Shown here piece after piece: positions 8,393 to 9,032 of a stretch of DNA of 9,032 nucleotides. The first letter of the stretch is position 1. Every line of letters starts with the position of its first letter. The stretch is from Tubiluchus corallicola (lineage: Eukaryota; Animalia; Priapulida). The stretch spans positions 72,433 through 81,464 of the forward strand of contig JAQGDQ010000908.1 in NCBI GenBank assembly GCA_030141605.1, given 5' to 3'. The translations under genes and the position numbers were made by a program. A model generated the notes under the pieces. It ran no database searches. It was not told the origin of the DNA and saw only the letters and a program-made list of their open reading frames with translations.

Positions 8393-9032
8393 GGTCTTCT
8401 GTTATACTGACTGTAATCTGTCTTCTTGGAAGTCCTCTGTCCTTTTGGATGTCTTCTGTCATCTGGAAAGTCCTCTAGGAGACCCACTGACCTCTAAGAA
8501 GTCCTCTTTACTCCTGGAAGTGTTCTGTCTTTTCAGAAGTCCGCTAGGAAGACCTTTGGTTTCTAGAAAGTCCTCTATCATCTAGGAAGTTCTCCAGGAG
8601 GTCTTCTGTCCTAATGACGGAGATCTGTCTTCTTGGTGGTCTTCCATCCTCTTGGAAGTCCTATGTCCATTTGGATGTCTTCCGTCATCTGGAAAGTCCT
8701 CTAGGAGACCCACTGAGCTCTGAGAACTCCTCTTTCCTCCTGAAAGTCGTCTGTCTTTTAGGAAGTCCTCTAGGAAGATCTTTGGCTTCTAGAAAGTCCT
8801 CTATCATCTAGGAAGTTCTCCAGGAAGTCTTCTGTCCTACTGACACAGATCTGTCCTCTTGGAGGTCTTCTGTCCTTTTGGATGTCATCTGTCATCTGGA
8901 AAGTCCTCTAGGAGACCCACTGACCTCTAAGAAGTCCTCTTTCCTCCTGGAAGTCTTCTGTCTTTTAGTAAATCCTCTAGGAAGACATTTGGCTTCTAGA
9001 AAGTCCTCTATCATCTAGGAAGTTCTCCAGGA
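7242..9032. repeat. 1.8-kb block, copy 2 (matches 2854-4643)
   Basis: Same diagnostic variants as 2854-4643. Monomers 8167-8825 appear identical to 3778-4436, and the last monomer differs from 4437-4643 at about 4 positions. Confidence 0.9.

Larger units (their letters stand above)
1..9032. repeat. Satellite-type tandem array of 37 monomers (basic monomer 207/226 bp) built from 19-bp and 12-bp subrepeats
   Basis: The landmark CATCTAGGAAGTTCTCCAG(G/T)AGGTCTTCTGTCCTA recurs throughout in one orientation with no unique sequence in between. Monomer lengths in order: 221,225,313,226,420,226,332,223,332,207,226,207,207,412,226,207,226,207,225,207,207,157,207,226,207,207,207,413,226,207,207,207,413,226,207,226,207. 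Confidence 0.97.

Noticed and set aside
236-8811. The 12 short ORFs (64-94 aa) in the track, e.g. MTEICLLG... and MTEDIQ..., as a peptide gene family
   Set aside because: They are translations of the monomer on both strands. They open only where a variant makes a start or removes a stop, the 19-bp subunit and 226-bp monomer shift frame, and equivalent positions in other monomers have stops. Identical proteins merely reflect the DNA duplications.
1-9032. One long repetitive protein under an alternative genetic code or with readthrough
   Set aside because: Length variants of 19 bp, 7 bp and 1 bp are tolerated throughout (226, 313, 332, 412, 413 and 157 are not multiples of 3), so no frame is conserved. 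TAG, TAA and TGA triplets are frequent on both strands.
1-9032. CRISPR array or other repeat-spacer system
   Set aside because: There are no unique spacers: the sequence between conserved motifs is itself repeated and derived from the same 19-mer. No cas gene or leader is present.
1-9032. Low CpG count (about 49 by eye) as evidence of methylation-driven decay
   Set aside because: GpC is also scarce, and the founding 7/12/19-bp units contain neither dinucleotide, so the scarcity follows from the repeat unit. Only one clear CpG-to-CpA change was noted (2591).
1-9032. Transposon, MITE, LTR, telomeric repeat or rDNA spacer assignment
   Set aside because: No terminal inverted repeats, target-site duplications, coding domains, telomere motifs or rRNA sequence are visible. 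Location within a larger element cannot be judged without flanks.

Overview
The whole window is one non-coding, head-to-tail satellite-type tandem array; I find no credible genes, RNA genes, CRISPR array or mobile element. Phased on GGTCTTCTGTCCTA(T/C/A)TGAC, it holds exactly 37 monomers, starting at 1, 222, 447, 760, 986, 1406, 1632, 1964, 2187, 2519, 2726, 2952, 3159, 3366, 3778, 4004, 4211, 4437, 4644, 4869, 5076, 5283, 5440, 5647, 5873, 6080, 6287, 6494, 6907, 7133, 7340, 7547, 7754, 8167, 8393, 8600 and 8826. Most are 207 or 226 bp, seven are compound units of 313-420 bp and one is a 157-bp deleted unit. The array is nested: heptamer GTCCTCT, then 12-bp and 19-bp subunits, then 207/226-bp monomers, then higher-order repeats (about 558 bp on the left, 1260 bp on the right, plus a 1.8-kb block repeated 4389 bp away). 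The last base joins the first in repeat phase and in variant order, so the window may be a circularised contig or one 9032-bp higher-order unit. The ORFs in the track are incidental translations of the repeat. I cannot name the organism or the satellite family; a eukaryotic origin is an inference from the architecture. All counts were made by eye.
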